Of a stretch of DNA of 64,000 bases, positions 23,401 through 35,150 are shown in pieces. Origin of the DNA: Rebecca billardiae RCC1528 (lineage: Eukaryota > Protista > Haptophyta); contig OZ251234.1 in assembly GCA_965240325.2 (NCBI GenBank), positions 496,001 to 560,000 of the forward strand, read 5' to 3'. The notes beneath the pieces were generated by a model. It did no database searches, was not told the DNA's origin, and saw only the letters and a list, made by a program, of their open reading frames with translations. The stretch's first letter is position 1, and each line of letters starts with the position of its first letter. A program made the translations under genes and the position numbers.

Positions 23401-26400
23401 CGCCGCCTCCGGGCACGCCGCCGCGCGAGACGCCGGCGACGGCGCGCGGCGTGCGCGGGGAGGAGCGGGCGCGGCGGAGCGCGCCGCGCGACTCGCCACT
23501 GCGCCGCGCGAGCTCGTCGCAGCCGCTGCTGCGCGGCCGGCGGGGCGACGCGCGTGGTGCCGCCGGCGCGGCCGAGGGCGGCGCGCGCGGCGACGGCGCG
23601 CGCGGCGCGCGCGGCGCGCGCGCGCGAACGCCAAGCCCGCCGCAACGGCGCGGCGGCGGCGGCGGGCTGGCCGCTGCGGAGCCGCAGGCGTCGTCGCTGC
23701 AGATCGCGCTCGCCGTGCTCGAGGCCATCGAGCGCTCCACCGCCGCCGCCGCCTCGCCGCCGCCGCGCCCGTCGACGGCGAGAGCGGCGCCGCGCCGCGC
23801 CGCGGCCGCGCCGCTGTCCGCGTCATCAGCCGAATCGGACTCGGCGGCGACGGAATCAGACGTGGCGGCGTCGGACTCGGAGCTGGGCGGCAGTGCTCTC
23901 GGCAGCGGCGGCGAGGAGTCGGCGGGCGAGGGCGATGCTGCCAGCGCGGAGCACGACGCCGCCGGCTCTGCGCCGCCGCGCGCCGCCGGCCACGGCTCGC
24001 CGCCCGGCCGCGAGCCGCGCCGCCCGGCGCGGGCGGCGGCCGAGGCGGGCGGCGCACGAGTGCGCGGCGCGGCGCCCGCGGTGTCCGCGTGGATGGGCGA
24101 CGCCCGCGAGCAGCTGGTGGCGGCGGCGCGGCTCGCGCGCGAGCTGCGCGGCCGCGGTGCCGCCGCCGCGCGCGCGCAGCGTGGCGCCGCCGACGAGCCG
24201 AGCGGCGCGGAGGTCGAGGGTGGCGCGGGCGCGCGCTCGGCGCGCCGGCAGGCGGCGCCGAGCGCGCGCGCGCCGCGTGAGCCGTCGCCGCCGCCGGTCG
24301 CCGCTGACGACCTGCCCGCGCGCGTGCTGCGCGCGGCGGCGGCGCACGCGCGCACGGCGCCAGTGCCGCGTGCCGAGCGCGCGCGCGACGCCTCCTCGCC
24401 GCCGTCCGACGGCCGGGCGCCGCCTGCCCGGCGGCAAGCGGCGCACGCGCCGGCGCGCGCCACGCCGCCGCCGGCCACCGACGGCTCGCGCCGCACCGCC
24501 CCGAGCGCGCGCGACGCGGCGAAGGCGGCGGCCGCCGCGGAGTACGCGGAGGCCGCGGCGGACTTCGCGACGAGCGCCGCCGCCGCGGCGGAGGCGCAGC
24601 TGCAGGCCGCCGAGCGCCAGCGCCGCGAGCTCTCCGACGCGGCCGACGCGCTCGCACGGCGCGAGGCGGAGGCGGCGTTCGCCGCGGGCCGCGCGCACGC
24701 GCTCGCGGCCGCGACGGCCGAGCTGGCGCAGCTGGAGGCGGCGGAGGCGGAGGTGCTCGCGCAGATCGAGTGGCTGCGGAGGCAGCACGCGGAGGCGGTG
24801 GCGGCGGACGCGCTCGCGGCGTCCGCCGCCCAGGCCGCGCTACAGACTGCCGCACACGCCGAGGCGCACGCCTCGCCGCCGGACGGCGCCGAGGAGCCTT
24901 CGGCACGCGGCGGCGCGCGGCAGTCTGCGAGCGCGGCGGCCGCGGAGGCTGTGAAGGATCGGGCCGCGCACGCGGCCGCCGCGCACGTGGCGGCGTGGGG
25001 CGAGGCCCAGCGCCAGCAGCGCGAGGAGGCCGAGCGCGCCGAGGCGGCCGCCGCCGCCGCCTCGGCGGAGCGGCAGCGCGCGCAGGCGGACGAGGATGAG
25101 CGCCTGCTCGGAGCAGCAATGGCCGCCGCCGAGCGGGCCCAAGCACACGCGGCGCTGCTGGGGGCGGGCTCGGCGGGCGCACGCGGCGTGGGCGGCGCGG
25201 TGCCGGGCGCGCCCGGCGCTCGGCCCGCGTGCGCGTGCTGCGCGACGGCGGAGCATGTGTGCGCCGCCACAGAACGCTCCACGCGGGCGTCGCCGCCCGC
25301 CGCCGTCGCCGCGGACGCCCCCGCCGCCGTGCGCGCCGAGGGCGAGGCCGCCGATCGGTTGCCCGCCTCGGCCGCCGCGCGCGCGTCGGCGCGCAAGAGC
25401 GGCGGCGGTGCCGCGGCATCGCCTCAGCTCGCCGCCGCGCACGCCAGCCCGCAGGTCGGCGGCGCGCGCGGTGTGGCGTGTGCCGAGCCGTCAGAGGCGT
25501 CGGAAGCGGCGGCGCAGCGCGGCACGGATGGTGCGCGACCGCCGCACGCGCAGCCGGATGCGGCGGCCGAGTCCGCGGCCGAGGCGGCGCTGCCAGCGGC
25601 GGCGGCGGCGGTGACGACACCACGGCCGCCGCCCGCGCGCCCGCCGCCCGCGTCCGCGCCGCCCGACGGCGGCGCGCGCCCGGCGGATCGCGGCGCTGAT
25701 CGGGGCTGGATCAGCAGCAGCAGCAGCACGGCGCGCGCAGGCTTCTCCGTGCGAGAGTTTGTCGAGGCGAAGCTGTCAGACTCGCAGCGCGAGGTGCAGG
25801 CGGCGTGGGACGCGGCCGCGGCGGCGGAGGCGGCGGAGCGCGAGGCGAGGCGGCGCGCCGAGGCGGCGGCCGAGGCGGCGGCCGCCGAGGCGGCGCGCGA
25901 GCGCAAGGAGGCGGCGGCGAGGGCGGCGGCGGAGGCGGCGGAGGCGGAGGCGCGAGAGGCGGAGGCGAGGGCGGCCGCGTCGCGCGAGCGGCTCCGGCTG
26001 GAGGTGGAGGCGGCCGCCGAGGCCGAGCGCGCGCGCGCGGCCGAGGCGAAGGCGGAGGCGGAGCGGCAGCGCGCGGCGCGCGAGGCGGAGGCGGCGGCCG
26101 CGGCGGCCGCGGCGGAGGCGGCGGCAAAGGAGGCGGAAGCAAAGGCGGCGGTCGAGCGCGCCGAGGCGGCGGCGGCGGCCGAGGCGGCGGCCGAGGCGGA
26201 GCGGCAGCGGGTGCAGCGCGAGCAGGCCGCCGCCGCCTCGGCCGCGCTGATCGTGCCCGTGATGCAGTGGATCTCGGCCGTCACCGGCGCCGCCCTCCCC
26301 GAGCCCCCCCTGGACGAGACGGCCGTCCACGCGCACCTGCGCTCGGGCGTGCTTCTGTGCGAGCTCGTCAACCGGATCCGTCCGGGGATCGTGCCGCGCG

Positions 26401-27686
26401 TCGCCAAGCCGCTCGGCCCGTTCCAGCAGCGGGAGAACATTGCCGCCTTCCTCGGCGCCGCGCGCGAGCTCGGCGTCGAGGGGCACGCGCTCTTCCTCAC
26501 CGAGGACCTCTACTCTGCGCACAACGTGCAGCACGTGTGCCACTGCCTGGACGCGCTCGGCCGCGCGTGCCACTCGGTCGACGGCTACACGGGGCCCACG
26601 CTGGGCAAGCCGATCACAGCGCGCGTGGGCGCGGGGCGCGCGTACCGCTTCGAGGTGCAGCAGGCGGACGGGCTGTGGGGCAAGGCGTGCGGCAGCCACG
26701 GGCCGAACGCGGGCACGGAGGCGCGGCCGCGCGACGCGTCGGCGACCGGCTACCGACCCCAGCCCGCGCAGCTCGGGCCCGCGCCGGCGCCCCTCTCGCC
26801 CCGAAGCTCGCTCAGCCCGAGCGGTCGGCGCGCGGTCGCGCGCGCGGGCAACGTGTCAGAAGCCGAGGCCGCGGCGTCGTCGCTTAGCCCTCGTGCCGCC
26901 GCCGCCGCGCGCGCGCGCACGCCCGCGCCCAAGCCGGCCACCGGCGGCGCGCAGCGCAAGCAGCCGAGGGCGGCGGCCGAGGGTGCGCAGCAGGATGCAC
27001 AGCCGGCCGCATCCGCCGCCGCGCCTCAGCCTAAACCCGAGCAAAAGCCCAAGCACAAGCAAAAGCACAAGCCCGAACCGGAGCCGGAGCCGGAGCCCCA
27101 GCCGGCGCCGGAGACGCGGCCATCGCCGGAGGCGTCTGAGAGCGCGGCCTCCTCCGACGATGGCGCCGCCGAGCCGGCGCCGCCGACTCGGCGCGCCGCG
27201 CGCGCCGCCTCGTTCGGGCGCAAGCCGGCCCCAGCGCGCGCACGGCAGGAGGCCACAGCTGCTGCGGGCGCGAGCGGCGACGAGGGCGCAGACGACGCGC
27301 GCGCCGACCGCGCTGACGACGGCCCAGCAGCCGCAGCGGCGCGTGACGAGGAGGAGGCGAGTGAGGCGGCGGCAACCACCGCCGCGGGCGCGGCAGCCAT
27401 CAAGGGCGGCGCGCCGCCGCGCGCGGGTGGAGTGAAGCCCTCCGCCTTCCTCTCCTCGAGGCTGAACCGCGTGCGCGGAGCGGTGGCTGCGCGCGCTAAG
27501 GCGGGCGCCAGCCGCGCGAGTGCGCGCAAGTCATCCTCATCGGCCTCCGCGGGCGCTGATGACGAGCCACCCGCCGCCGGGCGAGGTCCGAGCCGCAGCC
27601 AACAGCAGCAGAACGTCTCCGCTCGGCTGCAGCACGCGCGCATGATGCAGGCTGATCGGGAGGCGCGCTGGGCGGGAGGCGAATGA
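19695..27686 (+). CDS. Giant (about 2660 aa) protein: N-terminal RNI-like LRRs, Ala/Pro/Glu-rich disordered and coiled-coil regions, and a calponin-homology domain near the C-terminus
   Basis: LDLSHNAIGASGA, LRLRGNALGDAGA, LELGENRIGPNGA, LDLSGNHVGDRGA; CH domain WISAVTG..LRSGVLLCELVNRIRPG..FQQRENIAAFL..LFLTEDLY (about 26260-26570). Single open frame. Confidence 0.85.
20454..20498 (+). repeat. (GGC)n coding microsatellite, poly-Gly inside the LRR region
   Basis: Direct inspection. Confidence 0.9.
21911..22040 (+). repeat. GCG/GAG compound repeat encoding an Ala/Glu tract
   Basis: Direct inspection. Confidence 0.85.
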
Positions 27687-28097
27687 TGTATGACGACAAC
27701 GATATACGACGACGATGATATATCGACGACGACGCGTTCGGAGCCGCCGCTGCCAGCGCTGCAGGATACAGCATCATACACTGACTACTGCTATAGCTAC
27801 GCGCTCAACCGGGAACCGGGTCGTGAAGTGACGACTATAATAGTGCCTGACTATAGTGAGTGAGTCTGACAGAGTCTGTAGGCTCTGTAGCTACCGATAC
27901 AGAGTACTGCGCGGGCACGGCGCACAGACTGTAGTAGTCGTACGTATAATATAATGGCCCGCGGTGCAGGGCGGAGCGCGCAGCGTCGTGGAGCCCGCAC
28001 TGCGGGCCCTAACCACGTTTCAAAAAGATCTTTGATCGTCAATAAGAAAAAAGGGACGGGGGCGATTTTATTAGGCGGGCTGGCGGAGATCGACCTC

Positions 28098-28120
28098 TAT
28101 ATATATATATATATATATAT
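28098..28120. repeat. (TA)n microsatellite
   Basis: Direct inspection. Confidence 0.95.
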
Positions 28121-28402
28121 TCCCCTTTATAACGGGGCTCCGGGTGAGCCGAGTTTCAATTTTTGAGAATTTGAGACTACCCTCTTGGCCTCTTTTGACG
28201 ACACGCATTAACGACTTACGTGTACGACGGGAAATGGACGCGCCCACGAGATTCCCCTATTCAATCGTGGACGGCCGGGCGTGAGAGCTCACGAACGGGC
28301 TTGATTAATAGTGTGCAGTCGTTGGACGGTTACAAGTTTGATACAGCAATTATAAAACACGCGCGTATTAGCATGCAGCGTACGACGGTATAGAAGAAGT
28401 CG

Positions 28403-28403
<1 letters not shown>

Positions 28404-28480
<77 letters not shown>
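28404..28480. repeat. Long perfect (TA)n microsatellite
   Basis: About 77 bp of uninterrupted TA. Confidence 0.97.
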
Positions 28481-28485
<5 letters not shown>

Positions 28486-28637
28486 CATCAGCATATTATT
28501 TAGCGCGTATATAATCGAATAACCGGTCGATACGTACCCGCGGACTCAATGCGGGCGCGGCGGTGCTACGTACAGTGTAATATCTGCTTCGCTCCGCCTC
28601 TGATGGTCAGCAGCGAGCCATCCGCCTTCGACCTCAC

Positions 28638-29789
28638 TCAGTGACTGACGACTCGCGGGTGCCCTCGATGGCTGCGATCTCGCCCTCGGGCTCTCGACCT
28701 CAGGTGCCACTGCAGCTCGCCCACCGCCACGCTGCTGTCAGCGCCAGCGCCTGCTGTCGTTCGACTGATGATATCCTCATCGTCATCGTCCGTATCAAAG
28801 ACTGCGCCGCCGCCCGACGCGCGCCTGCGTGGCCCCGGCGGCCCAGCGGCAGCACGCGCATCGCGCGTCGCAGTCGCAGGCCGCCGCCGATCGTCGCCGG
28901 CCTCGTCACGGGCCGGGCGTAGCGTGTGCGGATCGCCGGAGCGGCCCGCCTCGCGCTCGAGGAGCTTGCACGCATGGAAGGTCCTCGTGCCCTTCTTGCG
29001 GAGCGCCTCGAGCACCTCGGCGAAGTGCTTGATGCGCTCCCCGCACCTGGGCTTGTGCAGCTGCAGGGTCGTCCCGTTCCCGCGCGCAAACGGCGAGCCG
29101 CGCACGGGCTGGCCAAGGAAGTGCAGTGCGTCGCGCATCGCGTCGTCCCGCAGCCGGCCGAGGAGGTGCTCGTACAGCAGGGGGTGGTACCTGACGCCCG
29201 GCTCGAAGAGCAGCCGCACGCGCCACGCGCTGTCCTGGGCATCGGCCTTGACCACGTCGTTGACGATTGCGTGCGTGCCGAAGGCGATGCGTGTTGACGC
29301 CGCGCGTATCGCCTGCGCCACGGCCGGGTTTGATGTGTGGTGCGCTTCATAGCTCGAGAGGTTGAGCCTCGTCATGGCCTGCGCCGTCTGCGCCTTGGAG
29401 GCGGCGCGCATGACGGCTGCTTCGCGCACGAGGTGCACCACGTGGATCGAGCGCTTGGCCAGGTGCTGGAGGAAGCTGGGCACGTCGTCGGGCGGCGTCT
29501 GGTCGTACATCAGCTTGAAGCCGACCGCTTGGAGCGTGCGCGACTCGGTGCAGCCCGACTGCGCCACCACCTGGTCGAAGACGCGGGTGAGGTTGCCCGC
29601 CCATTCCGTCCACTGTATGGGCCTCTTCGCGGCATTGTCGTACGAGAACGAAATGAGCGGCTCGTCTAAGGGCGGCCTTCCGGGCCGCAGCACGCCGCAG
29701 TGCGTGCCCTCTTGCGCGCGCAGCACCTCACACACCCACGACGAGCCGCTACGCTGCGTGGTGAAGAGCACGAAGAGAAGGCAGCCCAT
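28638..29789 (-). CDS. PAPS-dependent sulfotransferase, Stf0/NodH-like
   Basis: 5'-PSB loop FTTQRSGSSWV, GFKLMYDQ, 3'-PB VVHLVRE..RAAS, YEHL. The true start may lie upstream. Confidence 0.8.
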   Translation of the reverse strand: MGCLLFVLFTTQRSGSSWVCEVLRAQEGTHCGVLRPGRPPLDEPLISFSYDNAAKRPIQWTEWAGNLTRVFDQVVAQSGCTESRTLQAVGFKLMYDQTPPDDVPSFLQHLAKRSIHVVHLVREAAVMRAASKAQTAQAMTRLNLSSYEAHHTSNPAVAQAIRAASTRIAFGTHAIVNDVVKADAQDSAWRVRLLFEPGVRYHPLLYEHLLGRLRDDAMRDALHFLGQPVRGSPFARGNGTTLQLHKPRCGERIKHFAEVLEALRKKGTRTFHACKLLEREAGRSGDPHTLRPARDEAGDDRRRPATATRDARAAAGPPGPRRRASGGGAVFDTDDDDEDIISRTTAGAGADSSVAVGELQWHLRSRARGRDRSHRGHPRVVSH

Positions 29790-30082
29790 CGCGGCGAGAC
29801 CAAGACGCCTCGCGGGCCACGCGGGCCGTCGCCGGCCGTTTCCGCCGCTGCCGCGCGGCGCCCGGCGGCGCCGTGCGACGCACCGCCGGCGGCGGTCAAG
29901 TCAAGTAAACCTGCTCGTCATCATGCAAGCAAGGATCGCAGCGGCGCCCTTGCGGCTCCGGCCGGGGCGGTCCGGCCAGGCAAGGGTGCCTCCGCGCGCG
30001 TGTCGGCGGCTCGGTGCGGCGCGCGGTTGGGCGCGACCCGGGCGGCGTGCGACTCGAGCGGGGTGCAGGGCGCCAGCCTCCG

Positions 30083-30744
30083 ATGGAGCCCGACCGCGGC
30101 CCGCGCAAGATCGACGTCGACTCGCGCGCCCTGATCGACAAGGTCCTCGCCCGTTACGCCACCGACTTTGCGCTCGTGCGCGAGCTCGTGCAGAACGCCG
30201 ACGACGCGGGCGCGTCGGCCGTGCGGCTGGAGTTCGCGACGGAGGCGGCGGAGGCGGAGGAGGGCGGGCGGCGCGTGCGCGAGCTCGCCGTCGCCAACGA
30301 CGGCCGCGAGTTCTCGCCCACCGACTGGGAGCGCATACGCGTGATCGCCGCGGGCAATTCGGACTCGGACGCGACCGGCCTGTTCGGCGTCGGCTTCTAC
30401 GCGTGCTTCGCCGCGTCGGACGCGCCGCGCGTGCTCTCGGGCGGGCGGGTGCTCGGCTTCACCACGTCCGCCGCGGACGTGCTCACCGAGCTGCGCGCGC
30501 ACGAGCCCGCGGTGCGCGGCGTCCGCGTGGAGCTGCCGGTGCGCGCCGGCTCGGACGCCGCGGCCTGGTGCGCGCCGGAGCGCATGCGCGCGCTGCGCCG
30601 CGCGCTGGGCTCGATGCTGCCGTTCGCGCGCACGGTGCGCTCGATTGAGCTCCGCGTCGACGGCGCCGCGCCGCTGCGCCTCTCCTGCGAGCGCGGCGTC
30701 GACGTGCCGCTCGGCGCGGCTGTCAGCGTGAGCGCCGCCGCAGC

Positions 30745-30806
<62 letters not shown>

Positions 30807-32226
30807 GGAGCGGCGAGGGCGGCGGCGGGGCGTGGTTCGGCGTGGTCGCGCCTGGCGCAAGCATGGCGCACGTGACCATCCGCGCGCGCTGCGATGCCCC
30901 GGCGCGCGCGCACCAGCCCCCGATCGACGAGGTCGTCGAGCTCACCGCTGTGAGCGGCGTGTTTGGCGCTGCGCGCACGCGCCGTGTGGAGCGCGCGCTG
31001 GCGGCGATCGCGGCGACGCTGCGCAAGCAGCCGCCGGCGACGGCGCGGGTGCAGCTGCTGTACGCGCGCGGCGGCGCGCCGCCCGCGCCGCTCGACGTGC
31101 TGCGCGACGTGCCGCCGGAGGACGCCGCGCCCGCGGCCGACGGCGGACAGGGCGGGCGCGGCGGCGGCGCGGGGTCCGACGGCGGCGGCGGCGGCGGCCG
31201 CCTCTATGTGGGGCTAGCGCCGACGGGGCACGGGAGCGGGCTGGGGTGCCACGCGGCGGCGCCGTTCCTGCCCACGATGGAGCGGAGCGGGCTCGACCTC
31301 GCGCACCGCGAGATCGGCGCGTGGAACCGCGAGCTGCTCGCCGCCGTCGGCGCGCTCGCGCGCGCGCACTACTGCGCGCGCATGCACGCCCTCGCGCGCG
31401 CGCCCGCGCCGCGGCCGGCGGCGGGGCAGGCGGGCGCGTGCGTGCTGCCGCCGGCGACGGCGCAGCTGCTGCGCGCGCACACGCTCGCCAGGCGGACGGC
31501 GCCGCCGCTCATCGGGCGCATCGTCGGCGCCGCCTTCCTCCAGCCCTCCGCCGCGGGCTCAGCCGACGGCCTGCCGCTGCCTGCGAGCGGCGCACGCGCC
31601 GTCGCGCCCGCGGCGCATGTGCACGTGGTGCCGGCGGCGCTCGCGGCGCTTGCGCCCTTCGCGCACGAGGCGGGGGTGAGCACGGTGCCGCTGCGCGAGG
31701 CGCGCGAGGCGGGCTGCGCGCGCTTCTACGAGGGCGTCGAGGCCGCCGGGCTGCTGCCGAGTCTGACGCTCTTTGATGTCCGCGAGGCGCTGCGCGCGCG
31801 CACGCACGCGCCCGCGGGCGCGCGCGCCGCGGGCGCGGGCGCGCGCGGCGCGCGCGGCGGCGAGGAGGAGGGCGCGGCGCGCGGCCCGCTGCGCGAGGAC
31901 GAGCTGGTGCGCGTGCTCGCGTGGCTCGTCGACGACGACGCCCACGTCCGCCTCTTCGCAAGCGCCGCCGCGCTGCGCGAGTTCTGCGCAGCGGTCACCT
32001 TTGATGGCGGTTACGCAGACGGTTACGCGGACGGTTACGCTGACGGTTACGCGGACGAGGCCGCGGGCTGGGCTGGCGTGGGCGGCGAGGGCGGCGCGGC
32101 CGGCGGCGGCGCGGCCGGCGAGCGCGGCGACGGCGGCGGCGTGGCGGCCGAGCCGTCCGGCGCGGCTGGCACCGGCGGCGCGGGCGGCGCGGGCAGCGGA
32201 CCGGGCTGCGTGCATGCCGCCGCCGC

Positions 32227-32257
<31 letters not shown>

Positions 32258-34234
32258 GACGACGACGCCGCCGAGCCGCCGTCGGCGCGCGCGCCGCGCT
32301 CGCTGGCCGCCGTCCGCCAGCACGCGTGCGGGCACACGTCATTCGCGCCCGCGCTCGTGGCGGCGGGGGCGCCGCTGCCGCCGAGCTGCCTGCCGTTGGA
32401 CGTGAGCGCGCGGCTGGGCCGCGCGCGCTGCGCCGCGCTCGAGCTTGCGCTGGGCCTCGCGCCGCTCACGGCGGCGCGCTGGGCGCGCTGGGCGGCGCGC
32501 TGGGCGGCGGGCTGGGCGCGCGGCGCGGCCGCGCGCGGCGGGCTGCGGCCGCGCGCGCGCGAGGAGGCGTGTGCGCTGCTCTGCGCGGCAGCTGCCGCGG
32601 CGGACGCGCTGACGGGCGAAGAGGGCGGCGGTTGGGCGCGCGCGGAGGCGGCGGAGGCGGCGGAGGCGGCGGAGGACGACGACGAGGAGAACGGCGGCGG
32701 CGCGCGCGGCGCACGGGACGCGCTGCTCACCGCGCTGCGCGAGACTCCCTGCGTCCCTTCTGAGCACGCGCGCGGCGCCGCGGCCGAGCGCGCTCCCGCC
32801 GCCGGCTCGGCCGCGGCGCCGCTTGGCGCGCTCAGCCGTCCGCGAGACTGCCTGCTGCCGCCGGTTGCGTCGGCGGTGGCGTGCGCGGCGGGTGCGGCGG
32901 GTGCGGAGTCCGACGCCGACGCCGCGCGGCCCGGGGGCACGGGCCACCTCGCCGCCGTGGCCGCGCTCGTGGGCGCGCCGGTCGTGTCGGCGCGTCTGTG
33001 GGCGCACGCGCGCCACGCGCGCGCGTGCGCGCGCGTGCACGCGCTACTGACAGAGCTCGGCGCGACGGCGCACGTGAGCGCGCCGCGGCTCGCGTCGGCG
33101 CTGCCCGCGCTGGGCTGGGGCTGGGCACAGCTCTGTGCGCACGTGCGCGCGCGCGGCGCACCGCTGAGCGACGCAGAGGCGGCGGGGCTGCGGCACGCGG
33201 CGCGCTCCGCGTGTGGCGGGCGCGCGGCGCACGCGCCGACGCGCGCGCTGCGCGCGCTGCGAGTGCGCACGCTGCCGTGGTCTGCGGCGGAGGTGCGGCG
33301 CGCGGGGGGCGGCGAGGGCGCGGCCGAGCCCGCCGAGACCGAGCCCGCCGAGCGCGAGCCCGACGCCGCCGACCTCGCCCTCCTCGCCGGCTGCGGCGTG
33401 CGGCTGCGCCCGAGCACGGCCGCGCTCGCGCGAAGGCTCGTTGGTGCGCTCGGCGAGCGGACGCGGCGCTCGGCGCTGGAGTACGCGGCCGCGCCGCCGG
33501 CGGAGGGCGCGGCGCGCGCGCGCTGGCTGCTCCGCGCGCTCCGCGGCGACGACTCGGACGCCGAGAGCGCGGCGGACGCCCCCGCCGCCGACCCGACCGC
33601 CGCCGCCGCCGCCGCCGCCGCGCGCGCGCCCGCCGATCGCGCCGGCGGCGCTGGCGACTCTCCCGATGACCCTTCCGACCCCGATTACCCCGATTACTCG
33701 TCGGGGGAGAGTGACGAGGAGGAGCGGCGCGGCGCGCCGGCGCTCGGGGTGCGCGGCGTGCCCTTTGTCCCCGTCGCCGCGCCGCGCGCCGCCGCCGAGC
33801 CCGCCGCGGCTCCGCGCGCGCCGCCGCAGCTCGTGGCCGCGCGCTGCTGCTATCAGCGCGCGCCGCCGCCACCCTACGACTCGGCGCTGCCGCAGCTGCA
33901 CCCGAGCGCGCGCGCGCACGCGGCGGCGCTCGGCGTGCGCGCGGCGCCGAGCGGGCGCGCGCTCGCGCGCGCGCTGTGCGCCACCCCGCCGCCCGACGCG
34001 CGCACCGCCGTCGCCGTGTGCTCGCAGCTCGAGGCGGAGGCGGCGGCGGGCGCGCTCGACGGCGGCAGCCTGTGTGCGCTGCGCGGCGCTTGCTGGGTGC
34101 CTCTGGACTCGGGCGGCGAGGGGTGTGGTTGGGAGGGCGGCGGTGGCGCCGGCGCGCGGTGGGCGCGCCCCGCCGACTGCTTCTTCCCGACCCACCGCGC
34201 GCTGTACGGGCCGCTGCTCGACTATGCCGCGCTG

Positions 34235-34266
<32 letters not shown>

Positions 34267-35109
34267 GCCGCCGGCCGCGGCCGCGCCGCCGCCGCCGGGC
34301 CGCGTCGCGCTGGCGGCGCGGCTGCTCGCGCGCTGCGGCGTGCGCGACGCGCCGAGCGCGCCCGAGCTCGCGCGCGCGCTCGCCGCGCGGCACGCGCTCG
34401 CCCTCGACACCGCGCGCGTGCCGCCGCTCTCCGCGCCGCACCACTCGCCCGCGGCGGCGGGCGCGGCGCGCGGCGCGCGCCCGGCCGCGCCCGCGCCGGC
34501 CGACGCGCGCGCCGCCGCCGCCTATCTGCGCTGCATGGCGGCGCTCGCGGGCGCGCTGGGCGAGATCGACGGCGCGACGCGCGAGGCGCTGCGGCGCGGC
34601 GCGTGCGCGCTCGCTGTGCTCGTGCCGCCGCCCGACGCACACCCCTCGCCCGGACAGCACCGCCCGGACCGGCCGGACTCATTTGACGAAGCCGTGGCCG
34701 CCGCGCCGACCGCGCCCGCGCTCGCGCGGCTCGCGCTCGCGCGCTGCGCGCCGGCCGAGCTGTACGTGGTGGACGAGGTGCGGCTGGCGCGCACGTTTGC
34801 GCCGCTGCGCGCGTGCCCGCGCGACGAGGCTCTCTGCGCCGTGCTCGCGTGGCTCGGCGCGCCGCGCCTCTCCCAAGCCGTGGCCGTCCGATGCGCGCCC
34901 GCGCCGACGCTCGGCGGCGCCGACGCCGCCGCGCTTGCCGCCGTGTTCGCGCCGACGCGCCGTGCGCTCTCGGAGCGGCTGGCGCAGCGCGCGTACGTGC
35001 TCACGCGCGACCTGGACAGCGCGCACGCGCCGCCGCGCGCGGACATGCGGCCGAGCGCGCGCCGCCGGCTGCTTGCGCTCGCGCAGCAGCCGCCGCCGCC
35101 GCCGCCGCC

Positions 35110-35150
<41 letters not shown>

